This document shows positions 40,276-50,913 of a stretch of DNA of 64,000 nucleotides, in pieces (the first letter of the stretch is position 1; each line of letters starts with the position of its first letter). The notes beneath the pieces were generated by a model that saw only the letters and a program-made list of their open reading frames with translations, did no database searches and was not told where the DNA came from. The stretch spans positions 186,001 through 250,000 of the IMG/VR virus record IMGVR_UViG_3300020154_000003; one strand, written 5' to 3'. Made by a program: the position numbers and the translations under genes.

Positions 40276-42369
40276 TTAGAGGCCACTACCGTTTCTTATC
40301 GCAGCTTCCTTAAGAAGTTGATTCAACATAATATTTTGTTTATTCAACACATCCACATTAACAACATCAGTGACACCCTCATGACAACCAGTTGCATTAT
40401 TGACATGTATTCTTATTTTGGCTATCTCATGTTTAATTCTAGGATCATTTTTCTTCAAAGATGAATTAGAAATATATACTAAATGATTGATTTTAGTTGA
40501 TATTTCGCTTCTTAATTTTCTAGCTTTTTCCGCAGGACTTATGTTATCGTCAACATTTTCATTTGATAGTAATGGCATTTGAGTAATTTCAAACTTAGGT
40601 TTGGATTCTAGTTTAGCTTTTTCAATTTCAATCAAAATATGTCTAGTTTGATCAATTGACATACCTAATCGGGAAGCACACATCCCAATAACATTCTCCG
40701 TAACATTTTCGTCATTATTTGTTGATATGCCATTTTCTGTAAAACTTATGCCATGAACTGAAATATCACTGTAATTTAATAACGGTAATGGTTGAGTCCC
40801 CTCAAATTCTGTATCAGAACTAATCATTTTATCAAATTCTTCTTCTCCGATCAAATGCTTCATATTAAATGTAATGTCTCTGGCAAGTCGTGTAAGTGGA
40901 GCATAATCAAACATGAAAAAATAAGCTAGATCATATATACGTGTACCTTTACTATCAACTAAATTGACGTTGGGGTTTCGTACACATCTACCAGAAACTT
41001 GACTAAAAAATAATGGTGTTGTTTTTGCACTCAAATACACAATACATCGTATTCTTGGTATATCAACGCCCTCACTAATCATATTCACTGAAATCAACCA
41101 TTTCTTATTTGATTTCTTAAATTCTTGAATTTTTTGATGAGAATCTTCATTTTCTGTATTAGAAACTATTAATGATGCATCTGCAGAAGGCAATGAATTG
41201 TAAAGATTAGTCGCATATTCAATTTTATCACAAACAACCAAAATTGCTGCGTTAGGCATATATTTCCTTACTTCATTTACCTTATTATTAGCTTCATGAA
41301 GTATTGTCTTAATTGCATTAGTTAGATGGTTTGACGATATATTGAGTAATGCACCATATTTACGTGAATCTTCAATAGAATCACTTAATATTTCTTGTTT
41401 GATACCACCAATTTCAAAATCTCTCAAATGGAAAAATTGGATTGGACAACATACATTATCACGTACTGCTTGAGCATACGAATATGAATAATCAGTAACT
41501 AATTCCTCCACTAAAGATTCACCAACAAGTTTGGTCACATACTTTACGTTAGGTATTGGATTTCTATCCGATCTGTATGGTGTACCAGTTAAATTCAATA
41601 TAAATTTCACATATTTGCTTAATTCTCTTATCGCATCCCCCCACGATTTATTATCCCCTAAATGGTGTACTTCATCACAAATTAGCAACACTTTCATATT
41701 TGCGTTCTTTATGATGTTAATAATAAACTCAAGATTATTTTGTTGGCTTAAGGTTGCATATGTTAATGAGATGCCTTGATAGTATTTATCTGTGGCATAT
41801 GCGATATTGCTCCAATCATTTCTGAATTTGTATTTCTCATTTAATACAATTCCTCCTTTTCTAAAGGTCTCTTCCCAATTATGTTTAATACTTATTGTTG
41901 GAGATATTGCAATAACTTGAAATTCTTCTCTTGAAACAAATAATTTTGCACTTTCAAATCCTGCACGGGTTTTACCCCCTCCAACGCTTGCATGTAAGAG
42001 AAATGCATTCCAATCTGGATTGGGAGAAAAATGATTATTCAAATACCGATTAAAAGGCAGACTATAAAAATCTTGTTGCCACGGACGCAATCCTTCAATT
42101 ATCTCTGGTTGAATTAATGTCTGCTCTTCTCTTATTTTCGGTATTCTTTTCTTCATTTCTAATTGATTAAAACTATATTTATTGCCTTTTTTTAAATTAC
42201 ATGGTTCACAAAGTGCTTGTCCGTTTACTAAGGTTGTTTCACCCCCTTTACTATAGGGCATGATATGATCGCTATGCCATCCATCTTCAAGAGGATTTCC
42301 GCAACGCTTACATTTTCCTTTCGCATCAATATATAGCTGCTGTTGTTGTCGTTTGGAAAAAAATCTCAT
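40276..42369 (-). CDS. HNH endonuclease fused to an SF2 (ResIII/DEAD-like) helicase
   Basis: CKRC...DHIMPYSKGG.T...N.QALCEPCN; GGGKT, DEVHH, TGTP, EGVDIP, QVSGRCVR. Confidence 0.85.
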   Translation of the reverse strand: MRFFSKRQQQQLYIDAKGKCKRCGNPLEDGWHSDHIMPYSKGGETTLVNGQALCEPCNLKKGNKYSFNQLEMKKRIPKIREEQTLIQPEIIEGLRPWQQDFYSLPFNRYLNNHFSPNPDWNAFLLHASVGGGKTRAGFESAKLFVSREEFQVIAISPTISIKHNWEETFRKGGIVLNEKYKFRNDWSNIAYATDKYYQGISLTYATLSQQNNLEFIINIIKNANMKVLLICDEVHHLGDNKSWGDAIRELSKYVKFILNLTGTPYRSDRNPIPNVKYVTKLVGESLVEELVTDYSYSYAQAVRDNVCCPIQFFHLRDFEIGGIKQEILSDSIEDSRKYGALLNISSNHLTNAIKTILHEANNKVNEVRKYMPNAAILVVCDKIEYATNLYNSLPSADASLIVSNTENEDSHQKIQEFKKSNKKWLISVNMISEGVDIPRIRCIVYLSAKTTPLFFSQVSGRCVRNPNVNLVDSKGTRIYDLAYFFMFDYAPLTRLARDITFNMKHLIGEEEFDKMISSDTEFEGTQPLPLLNYSDISVHGISFTENGISTNNDENVTENVIGMCASRLGMSIDQTRHILIEIEKAKLESKPKFEITQMPLLSNENVDDNISPAEKARKLRSEISTKINHLVYISNSSLKKNDPRIKHEIAKIRIHVNNATGCHEGVTDVVNVDVLNKQNIMLNQLLKEAAIRNGSGL

Positions 42370-42382
42370 CTAGTAAATAAAA

Positions 42383-42416
42383 ATACCCCACAACCAAAAA
42401 TTGTGGGGTTTAAAAA
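42383..42416 (-). terminator. Terminator-like hairpin between the ParB-like gene and the HNH-helicase
   Basis: CCCCACAA/TTGTGGGG followed by TATTTT on the minus strand. Confidence 0.55.
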
Positions 42417-43313
42417 TTATGAAAAAATAAAATGTTTATCTATTCTGGAACTACTCATTAATGACGACTGCCGTATAATTTTATCTGGAGTATTAAAATA
42501 TGTGTTATATGCTTTTATTATACAATCAACTAATACAGTAGGACTTGAACGCTTATCTTTTGTCTTGCTTAACTCTGCTACCAATAAGTTTCGACAAACC
42601 AAAACCATTCCATCGGCCTCCTTGCCAGTAAATAAACCTTTCCAAAATTCATTTTCGGCACGATCCCTATATATGCTGTGCATACGAGTATATAGCATCA
42701 TCCCGCCTATAAGTGATGGGCCAATAATCCTGAATGGCTCCCAATATTCTATTGATATTTTGTTTAATTCATCAGCATCTTCTTTCATTGATGCATAAAG
42801 TTTATATATGTCATCGGAACTAAGTCTATAAGCAACTAATGCACCGTCAACTTTTCTTGATTTTTGGTTTTCTGTACGACTGCGTAGTCTTGCATAAAAA
42901 GCGATTAGTGGTGCAATTCGTCTTCCATATGGAACTTGTTTTATATCAAACATGTCGCCTACAGTTCTTTTCGCTCCTATATCAATTGTGGTAAACACAT
43001 CCATAGGTAAACCCGTAACCACTAAAAAAGGTAAAGTTACGTTGGCTTCAATTAATGCAGTTAATCTGTGTTGTCCATCAAGTAATTTTCCTGACGTTAG
43101 TGAACCCGATATGCTGATTGTTTGACCATTCAGAGATTGAAAATTATTGTTTCTCATCAATTCAGCATATGTTTGAACATGATGAGGTTTGAGATTTCTA
43201 TTCATATCGTTTCTCGATAATAAATTATCAGCCAATTCAGGGGTGATGTTAATTATCTGAGAATTAATAGATGGCTTAGTTTGAGGTAAAGAATTAATTG
43301 TTAATGTATTCAT
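42417..43313 (-). CDS. ParB/Srx-like N-terminal domain protein
   Basis: ITPELA..LL.RN..NR.L....V..YA..M...LLDGQHRL.ALI...D.G..RT. Confidence 0.75.
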   Translation of the reverse strand: MNTLTINSLPQTKPSINSQIINITPELADNLLSRNDMNRNLKPHHVQTYAELMRNNNFQSLNGQTISISGSLTSGKLLDGQHRLTALIEANVTLPFLVVTGLPMDVFTTIDIGAKRTVGDMFDIKQVPYGRRIAPLIAFYARLRSRTENQKSRKVDGALVAYRLSSDDIYKLYASMKEDADELNKISIEYWEPFRIIGPSLIGGMMLYTRMHSIYRDRAENEFWKGLFTGKEADGMVLVCRNLLVAELSKTKDKRSSPTVLVDCIIKAYNTYFNTPDKIIRQSSLMSSSRIDKHFIFS

Positions 43314-43430
43314 TTGTTTATTATTTTATTTGAAAATATTGAGGTATTGCAATAATACGGTTTATGATGAAATTATCAAACTTTTTTTTATATATTATAA
43401 ATAATTTCAAACTTCAGATGGGATGAGATA

Positions 43431-43673
43431 TTACTTATCACCTATTTTCATTTTCAAGAAATCCTTTATTGATGAATTATAGTCTTTATAAGGAAGGGTT
43501 TCTCTTTCAAATATGATTAGTGGCGCACTACTCCCATCCTTTGGCATCAAAAATTCTTTCATGCGCCAACCTTCTTTGCTGTGAGTATCTAATGCGCATT
43601 TAATGGCCACTTTATACGGATCATACGCAATAGATAGTTCAACAACTTTATATTCGTACCTTTGTTCGTGCAT
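43431..43673 (-). CDS. DUF4177-like protein carrying the C-terminal tag
   Basis: YEYKVV...L...SKEGWR...IFERE, then PYKDYNSSIKDFL. Confidence 0.6.
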   Translation of the reverse strand: MHEQRYEYKVVELSIAYDPYKVAIKCALDTHSKEGWRMKEFLMPKDGSSAPLIIFERETLPYKDYNSSIKDFLKMKIGDK

Positions 43674-44513
43674 GATCAGTCTCTTTTTTTATAAAAACAC
43701 CACAATCCAAGGATGGGTAGGTATTTGACTTTTTTGTACTTCCTATATTTAGCAACCTGAGGATCATCAAACTGGCACAGCATCCATCCTGCCCAAATCT
43801 GCTGGTTAAACGTGAACTTCATTTTTCTTAGCTTTCTCTTGTTTATTTAGCGGAAGAATTTTACTGGATGGTTTCGGCAAGCCACCTAATTCGATAATTG
43901 TCGAATTACTTAATTTAGACAAGAAATACCATAAGGTCGCTTCATAGTAATCGTAGGTTTTGGAAGCGAGTTCTGGCCATCTTTCAACTGCCCAACGATG
44001 ATCTTTTGTGTAGTAGCCGTGCTTCCAACAATTGTGAGGACTGATAGATGAAATTAAATCCATAGTGTAATGCTCTATTCCCCATTGCTTAAATAATGGC
44101 GCAACGTTATTGGTGATGATGCTAAGAACATCATACTTTGTTTGAGGCTGATAATCATCTGCTTCAAGGCATTTGATCAAGTCGCCCCACACATCATCAG
44201 TGCGCTTGTACCAATGTTTGGAATAAAGGGCTACGTGTTTTAAATTCATTTTGATAATGCTTGTGTTACTGCAATTCTTCTATTGTTATCGTAGGTATTC
44301 GCACCATCCACATAACCAGCATCAAAACCAGTGCGGTACATGTCAAGGAGGCCAGCCATGATGGCTAATTTACGATGGGACTTAGAGGCTAGAGCATTTT
44401 GGGAGGAACTGAACGGTTTGAACGTTTCATCCATCTGGTCGGATAGGGCAATGATGCGTTCAGCTTTTTCAGCCAAAACTTCATCTGTGGGTTGATTCTC
44501 CATATTTGTATAT

Positions 44514-44538
44514 TATACGTAATACTTAAGAATTTGTT
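44514..44538 (-). promoter_or_regulatory. Phage promoter AAC-N16-CGTATA
   Basis: Upstream of ORF 44246..44503. Confidence 0.75.
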
Positions 44539-44926
44539 AAACTATTTTTTTAGCATTTTCCTTAAAATCATAATGGAAAATCTTGCAATCCGGGTTCAAT
44601 TTGCTGAAATCCGGGTAAAAAGTGTCACCCATGTCATCGTTATCGATTTTAGAGATGTGAAGTTCAGTAAACAAAGGAGCGTATTTTTCATAAGTCTTTT
44701 TCCCTCCAATACACCAATCCACGTCATCCCGATATGTGCCTCTTTGATCAAGGATGACAGTACGGTTCTTTAATGGTGGTAATGAATGAAATGTATTGTA
44801 ACCTGCGAGTAGTACTTGACCCTCTGTAAGTTTTTTGAAGTGCTTCAGGTCATCTGAACATCGCCAAGGCAACGTATTATCTTTTCCGATGATACCACGG
44901 TTATTAACTGCAATGATTGCTTTCAT
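44537..44926 (-). CDS. folA: Dihydrofolate reductase
   Basis: IIAV...IIG..N.LPW...DL.HFK.LT...G..TF.SLPPL.NR, IGG, GDTFYP. Confidence 0.9.
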   Translation of the reverse strand: MKAIIAVNNRGIIGKDNTLPWRCSDDLKHFKKLTEGQVLLAGYNTFHSLPPLKNRTVILDQRGTYRDDVDWCIGGKKTYEKYAPLFTELHISKIDNDDMGDTFYPDFSKLNPDCKIFHYDFKENAKKIV

Positions 44927-45183
44927 ATTTTATTTGTGGGTAAAAATTTATATTTTGCTATTATTAAAAGAAAGAACATGTTCATAATATAGTTGGCGAT
45001 TAGTGGTAAGTCACCCATATCCCAAACATAAATTAACATAAAAACTTCTCCGAGGAACCAATATATCAAATACCATTTTGATACGCCAGTTGCATGTTTT
45101 TCTCTGTAAGATTTTAATGCCTGTGGTATTGCGCAAATAGCGAAGAAAGCCGAACCTAACCAACCAAATACTTCGATGTCCAT
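44923..45183 (-). CDS. SemiSWEET / PQ-loop transporter
   Basis: GW.G..FAIC.IPQA.KSY...A.GVS; three TM helices; PLIANY. Confidence 0.8.
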   Translation of the reverse strand: MDIEVFGWLGSAFFAICAIPQALKSYREKHATGVSKWYLIYWFLGEVFMLIYVWDMGDLPLIANYIMNMFFLLIIAKYKFLPTNKI

Positions 45184-46351
45184 ATTATTCTAACCGACCT
45201 CTCCTTATTGCAAACACATCATCTCTATCCTTGCTTCTGATGATGTCATGGCTAGGGACTGTTTTATATTTTTCTTTTATACCCTTGAGGTAACTCTTAT
45301 AGTCGCTTGACTGCACCTCCACATACTCACCACCTTCATCCTTATGAACAATACCATGAAAAAAGATACTGGAATCTTTACTCGGATCAGAATCCCAACA
45401 AACACTACTCCCCTTCTCAAACATTTTCATTCGTAATTAACTATATAATAATGCGTAACTTTCTCTGTTAATCGCTTAATTAATTCATCTTTTTCTTCGC
45501 CAGTACATGTAAACCAGTTTACTGGTTGATTATAATAATCAACACCATCATTGAGAAGTCTGGCGTTAATTCTTATGAATCCTAACCCCCATCCGTCCCA
45601 CGCTAATATTGAAAATCCACCTTTATACATAACTCACATTTTACAGTAAATTTAAGTCAGCCAATATTTTCTGAGTTTGTTTTGGCATCCAAATCCATAT
45701 CCAATGCTGCCCGTTTTCATCAATACGAGTTGCTGCAGCCCAATTCCATTTCACATAAACAATCTTATACTGTTCTTTGGTTACTGGTATTGGCCTTTTT
45801 AAATCTATCGCGGATTTCATCGATTTTATTGTTGATTTGGTCGTTAATGTCTTTCCTAAATTTCTCTAAAGATTCAACGAATAAATCATGATCCGAAGGT
45901 TGTTGGAATGACTCTTCTTTTATTTCTATTGCATAGTCTTCAGCCTCTTCATCAAACACAATTTCACCCATGACTTCCATACCAGTATTTACCATTCCTG
46001 CTTTAATGACTTTTTTCCACTGATCAATCAATACTAGTAAACTCGTATGAGTTTTGATATATGACTTTCCTGTTTCGTGATCACCATTAACGCCAACTAT
46101 AGAAACTCTATCCGTTTCGTAAACAAACACTATCTCACTCAGTTTTTTCTTGTGAGTGCATTGCGATCTTGGAGATGTTGGATAAGGCATTATATCTATT
46201 GAACTATCTGCATCCATTGGAGTTTCCAACACCTCCCACACTTTAACTTTTGACGGACAACCAGTATAATAGACAGGCATACCTCCGATCACAATATCGA
46301 CTGGCTTTGTCTCAATGCGTCCCTTTAAAAACTCTCCTGTCTTTCTGTAGT

Positions 46352-47134
46352 TCATAATGAAACTGTCTTACTTTCCCCAAATGCAGCTTTTTTCATTCTT
46401 GGGTTGTCCGAACTGAAAATGAAAGTTTTCTTATCTACAAACGTGACTTTCACATCCATTTCGTTACCAATACTATTTTTGTGGAGTTCCCTTAACCAGA
46501 AGACTAGGAAAGTCAATTCTGCTGAATGCGAAGCAAGCATGTTATTATAATGCTCATCCGACTCTTTGCTTAGTTTCTTTCCTTCTTCAGAGGTTTCCAA
46601 CCATTCATCAAACCATTCTATTTCGTCATCAGTCTGTGGGAATACAGTGGAATCATTACTTGAAAGTCTTTCAAAGAATATTTCTTTTTCTGTTTTCTCA
46701 GGCTTAATGAGTAAGAAGTTCAGTACTGAAGTCCAATCAGGAAATTCTTCACTCCCAAAATGAATGTGCTTCCCTTCAAATTCTTCAACACCATTTACTT
46801 TCCGATCATCAATGAGGTAATCACCTTTAAGCAATCCTTTATTGTGTGAAAGGATTAACTTTTTCATACAAACTTCATCTCCGAATTGATGTTCTATCCA
46901 AACACGCTTTTCTTTCCATGCATATGGATTTGACCAAGGAGCAGTTGATAAAAAGTAAATCTCATATAACCCTGAATCGAACAATCTGTTAACCGCAGCA
47001 ATGGCTCCGGGTATTTGTGGTAGGTTTTGAAATAATCCTTCAACTCTTTTCTCACTGTCGGTTTTATTTGCAGCCACTAAATCATAGTCAGCGAGTACGC
47101 CATCCATGTCTATGTAAACAATGGGTTTTTTCAT
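46352..47134 (-). CDS. 5'(3')-deoxyribonucleotidase (HAD, NT5C family) with a C-terminal extension
   Basis: YIDMDGVLAD, LSTAPW, EKR.W, GDYLIDDR. Confidence 0.9.
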   Translation of the reverse strand: MKKPIVYIDMDGVLADYDLVAANKTDSEKRVEGLFQNLPQIPGAIAAVNRLFDSGLYEIYFLSTAPWSNPYAWKEKRVWIEHQFGDEVCMKKLILSHNKGLLKGDYLIDDRKVNGVEEFEGKHIHFGSEEFPDWTSVLNFLLIKPEKTEKEIFFERLSSNDSTVFPQTDDEIEWFDEWLETSEEGKKLSKESDEHYNNMLASHSAELTFLVFWLRELHKNSIGNEMDVKVTFVDKKTFIFSSDNPRMKKAAFGESKTVSL

Positions 47135-47356
47135 TTCTTTCTTTTAGCTTGTATGATTGAGCGGACTTTTTTGCTTGAGAAGATGTGCTTCTTAAAATCA
47201 TCGATGGTGATTTTATTCTCTGCGATCATTAAATCGGCAAACTCATTGAACTGTTTGAGAGAATAATTTTTCCTCTCAACCAATTCCTGAAGTTCAATGA
47301 TCTGTCTTTTATGGTAGTTAACCCTTTTTTGATATGTTGATACCGCCTTTGACTGA

Positions 47357-48373
47357 TTACTTTTTGCTGTCATAATGTTTGTTAATAATTTTGAAACTAC
47401 CTCTGCTATGCTTCACTACAACACCTTCAAACGGTTTTCCGTTTATTTTATTGATGCCAATTGAATATTTTTCAACAAGTTCACGGGTGAGAATGACATT
47501 TTCTTCGATCATGTCAGCAATCGGTAAGCCAAGTTCTTTAGCCACATTTACAAAGTAGTATTTATGACCTTTTTCAGCATATTCACGTTCATCCACCAAA
47601 TATGTGGCAAACATGGCCCAACCTTTTGGAAGCTTTGAATGCGGATTATTCTCATTAGCCTGAATACCTTCACCATAGCTTTCGCCCCGGATGCATAAAG
47701 ATACATTATTCTCTTTGCAAAATGCAACAAGTTTGTTCTTTAAATCATATCTTTCAATATGAGCGGTGTAATTATTCGAGAATATTTCATGTAATTCTAA
47801 AGAACGGCCCAATACTGAAAATTTATCATCCGTCAATTGGTACAAGTATGACGATGACTGACCATCCACTTTTAATTGAATATCAACAAGTTCACCATAT
47901 GGTAATTTATTCACCATATTCTCGAAACGCTCTTCATCGGTTTTAGGAACACCATATGGCAGTCCACCCTTCGCATTAAGTTCTTGAGGTACTGGTGGTT
48001 CGTAATGGGTAACGCCCAACAAACCAGAAACATCGTCACCTATATTGAATTTAGGTAAGTGTTCTCTCACATTCTCAGGAAGAATATCAAAAGGCACAAT
48101 AATACCTTCAGACCACATGTTTCTTAGCTTAACGGCTTTGATGCGCTTTGGCGAATATTTTCTATAATCTTCAGTCCACGGTTCAACAGGCAACAACGAG
48201 TCAGGTCTAATGTAGACTACTGTATCGCCTTCTTTATATAAACCTAGTTGAGTGATGCATTGAAAACCTAGAATTTTTACTAACTCAAGTCTGTCTGCCT
48301 CAGGGTGTTTGGTAATCGAATCGATTTTTTCGATTGTAGCATCTTTATTTTTGCTACCTTCTTGTATTTGCAT
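47357..48373 (-). CDS. RNA ligase, DRB0094 family (Rnl2-like)
   Basis: N-terminal HPEADRLE OB-like domain, KTDEER, motif I KVDG, RGE, EGVV, FKII. Confidence 0.85.
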   Translation of the reverse strand: MQIQEGSKNKDATIEKIDSITKHPEADRLELVKILGFQCITQLGLYKEGDTVVYIRPDSLLPVEPWTEDYRKYSPKRIKAVKLRNMWSEGIIVPFDILPENVREHLPKFNIGDDVSGLLGVTHYEPPVPQELNAKGGLPYGVPKTDEERFENMVNKLPYGELVDIQLKVDGQSSSYLYQLTDDKFSVLGRSLELHEIFSNNYTAHIERYDLKNKLVAFCKENNVSLCIRGESYGEGIQANENNPHSKLPKGWAMFATYLVDEREYAEKGHKYYFVNVAKELGLPIADMIEENVILTRELVEKYSIGINKINGKPFEGVVVKHSRGSFKIINKHYDSKK

Positions 48374-48422
48374 TTCTTGAATAATTTAAACTATTCAGCA
48401 AATCTAAGAGTTTTAGTATAAA

Positions 48423-49274
48423 TTACAAATTATTATCTGCAAGACCGATTAAATACTTTTCCTGCTTCATTAATTCTTCCATTATTTTCTCATCGAATTG
48501 AGCAAGATACAGCGTCTTGGCTGCGATCAATTGTTCGACAGTCAAACCCTTGGCTCCACGAAAATCAGCCTTATAAAGGCTTGCATTTGTGAAATCAGCC
48601 CCCATCAGGTAAGTGTTACTAAGATTGGCCTCCATTAGAAATGCTCCCCGGAAACTTGTCTTAATTAAGAATGCGTTTGAAAAATCAGCCTTGATTAGAA
48701 AAGTATTCTCGAAATTGGCTGCATTGGCATAGGCTCCTTTTAAACTCGCTTGATTCATATTTGAATCAGCGAAATTTGTTTGGTTTAATCTGGTGGAATC
48801 CAGTACTGTCTCAATAAAGGATGACTTTATGAGAGTCCCGGAATTAATGTTTGAATTAGTTAAATTAATATGACTTAAATTAACGTTGGGTAAATAAATA
48901 TTAACAAGATCGATCTCGTAAATCTTATGACGATTTAATCTTTTGATATTACCGACAGTTCGAAATGCAGATTCTTCCGACTTCCAAGTTCTGAAGTCAT
49001 CGATCTCATCTCGATACATCCTTATCTCTTTTCGTTTTTCACCATTTTGATTTAACCAAAACAGCAGAATACCAATGATGGCAATATCGAAGATCATTCC
49101 ATGCGCTTCGACTAGGACTTGCTCGTAAAATTTTATAAAGTTTGCAGTGTAGAAGGGAAGACTGAGAAGGATAACAACAGTAACAACAAATATAAATACA
49201 ACGAACGTTGTAATTAACGGTTTTTCAATGATACGACTAATTTTTTTTAGTAGTTTTTTTGCCTTTACCCTCAT
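48423..49274 (-). CDS. Membrane-anchored pentapeptide-repeat protein
   Basis: Two TM helices followed by A(N/D)(L/F)xx repeats. Confidence 0.85.
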   Translation of the reverse strand: MRVKAKKLLKKISRIIEKPLITTFVVFIFVVTVVILLSLPFYTANFIKFYEQVLVEAHGMIFDIAIIGILLFWLNQNGEKRKEIRMYRDEIDDFRTWKSEESAFRTVGNIKRLNRHKIYEIDLVNIYLPNVNLSHINLTNSNINSGTLIKSSFIETVLDSTRLNQTNFADSNMNQASLKGAYANAANFENTFLIKADFSNAFLIKTSFRGAFLMEANLSNTYLMGADFTNASLYKADFRGAKGLTVEQLIAAKTLYLAQFDEKIMEELMKQEKYLIGLADNNL

Positions 49275-49577
49275 ACATATTAAATACCGTCAGGCAAATA
49301 AACTTTTAACTACTACTTTGTAGTTTAGCCCAAGCAGTGCTCTTTCCTGTATTTGAGGATCAATAAAATTGAAAAATATTTCTTTGTAGAATAGTCCGTA
49401 AAGCCAAGTCAGATGGATGGTGATAAGAACATCATATTCACTATCAGGATCATCCCATTTGTCTTCAACAATTACTTTTTTTACGTGTGGACTTATACCG
49501 TAGACGAAATTTTGAACATCATCCTTTGTTGCCAGCTTTGAAAAATACATTAATAACCAGAGGGTATTAAGATAAAA

Positions 49578-50138
49578 TTATTCCGATTCAAGGGTTTTTG
49601 TTTTCCAAACTATTTTGGTACAATATTTACTTCTGATATTATCTATCATAAGTCTTAATTGACTTGGGCCTTGTGGGATTGATTGAGCATTCTTAAATTT
49701 TTTCTTAAATTTTCTTTCCCTAAGTTCGTCATGAATATATGAATACCCACCTAAGATCAATACAATACACACTAAAGCACCAACTATAGTAAGTATTCCA
49801 CACACTAGTGATATTAAAATTAACCATCCACCTAAGTTCCAACCATGTATCACTTCGGCACTCCATATTTCCTCCATGATGCTACCACCAAATCCGGCAG
49901 TTAAAATCAGCCCAATATAGATAAGTAAGCTGATTACAATTTTGGCGTAAAGGGGCCGCTTTGATCTTCCATCGGTAAGATAATTATTTTGAATTTCAGA
50001 AGGAATTACCAACGGAAATAATAATATTGCTGCTAACAATTGCCAGAAGAATGGACAGAAATTGTCAGGCAATTCGCCATAAATGAATTTGTGGTATCTG
50101 GCGAACCAGTTGGTATCATTAAGTTCAATATTTTTCAT
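49578..50138 (-). CDS. Membrane protein, paralog of 38551..39444
   Basis: WF...FIYG..P.NFCPFFW plus TM helices. Confidence 0.6.
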   Translation of the reverse strand: MKNIELNDTNWFARYHKFIYGELPDNFCPFFWQLLAAILLFPLVIPSEIQNNYLTDGRSKRPLYAKIVISLLIYIGLILTAGFGGSIMEEIWSAEVIHGWNLGGWLILISLVCGILTIVGALVCIVLILGGYSYIHDELRERKFKKKFKNAQSIPQGPSQLRLMIDNIRSKYCTKIVWKTKTLESE

Positions 50139-50139
50139 A

Positions 50140-50913
50140 CTATTTAATAAGTGGTGTTATGACTTGTTTAACAAATATATCCATATCATCGTAATTCGCC
50201 AAATTAATTGTATCTCTTGTTGTGTGACAATTATACAAAATACTGAAATCCAGTTTACCCTTGGCATCCAGTGGCAGAGGGTTAAGTACCAGAGAATCAA
50301 TACCATTCCTTCTTAAAATTACTCCATCATGGAACGGTACTCTGGTGGTGTAAGTATTTGGAAATATGGACATAATTTTTTTATAAAGATTGCTGTCCGG
50401 GTAAGGTTCTGTAAAGAAATTCAATCCACCTACGGCAGTCAATTCAAGATTCACCACATACTCAATCTCACCAAAATGGCCTTCCTTGATCTTATCCGAA
50501 ACTCTTTGGGAACCCACACCCCCAAACTCTTCGCCATCGGTGATAGCCACATTCAGTTCAGGGTTCAAAATTTTGGCAGCAATGGCATTGATCACGGACG
50601 CACTGTTATCATTACAATTATCAACTTTGTGATTGGCCACATCATGGTGAGCCATTACCATTTTATTGCCAGTACCATGCAAATAAATGTTAAACAGATG
50701 AGTTGTGGTTTTTTCAGGTGAGACAGGGTATCGATTTGGCATTTCCCAAACATCTAATTCGTAGTCCAAATGTAGATCAGCCAAAAGATGACGAAGAAAT
50801 ACGATTCGTGGTGTTGTCTCAGTCGCATCCCCGTTGTCGAAGAAAGTTCCCTTATTTCTAACCGCACAAAACGCAGGTAGTATTTCGCTGAATGGAATTA
50901 TGTGGTTATTCAT
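50140..50913 (-). CDS. M28-family Zn-dependent peptidase
   Basis: AHHD, NDNSASV, DGEEFG..GS, NLE, late CH...D. Confidence 0.75.
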   Translation of the reverse strand: MNNHIIPFSEILPAFCAVRNKGTFFDNGDATETTPRIVFLRHLLADLHLDYELDVWEMPNRYPVSPEKTTTHLFNIYLHGTGNKMVMAHHDVANHKVDNCNDNSASVINAIAAKILNPELNVAITDGEEFGGVGSQRVSDKIKEGHFGEIEYVVNLELTAVGGLNFFTEPYPDSNLYKKIMSIFPNTYTTRVPFHDGVILRRNGIDSLVLNPLPLDAKGKLDFSILYNCHTTRDTINLANYDDMDIFVKQVITPLIK

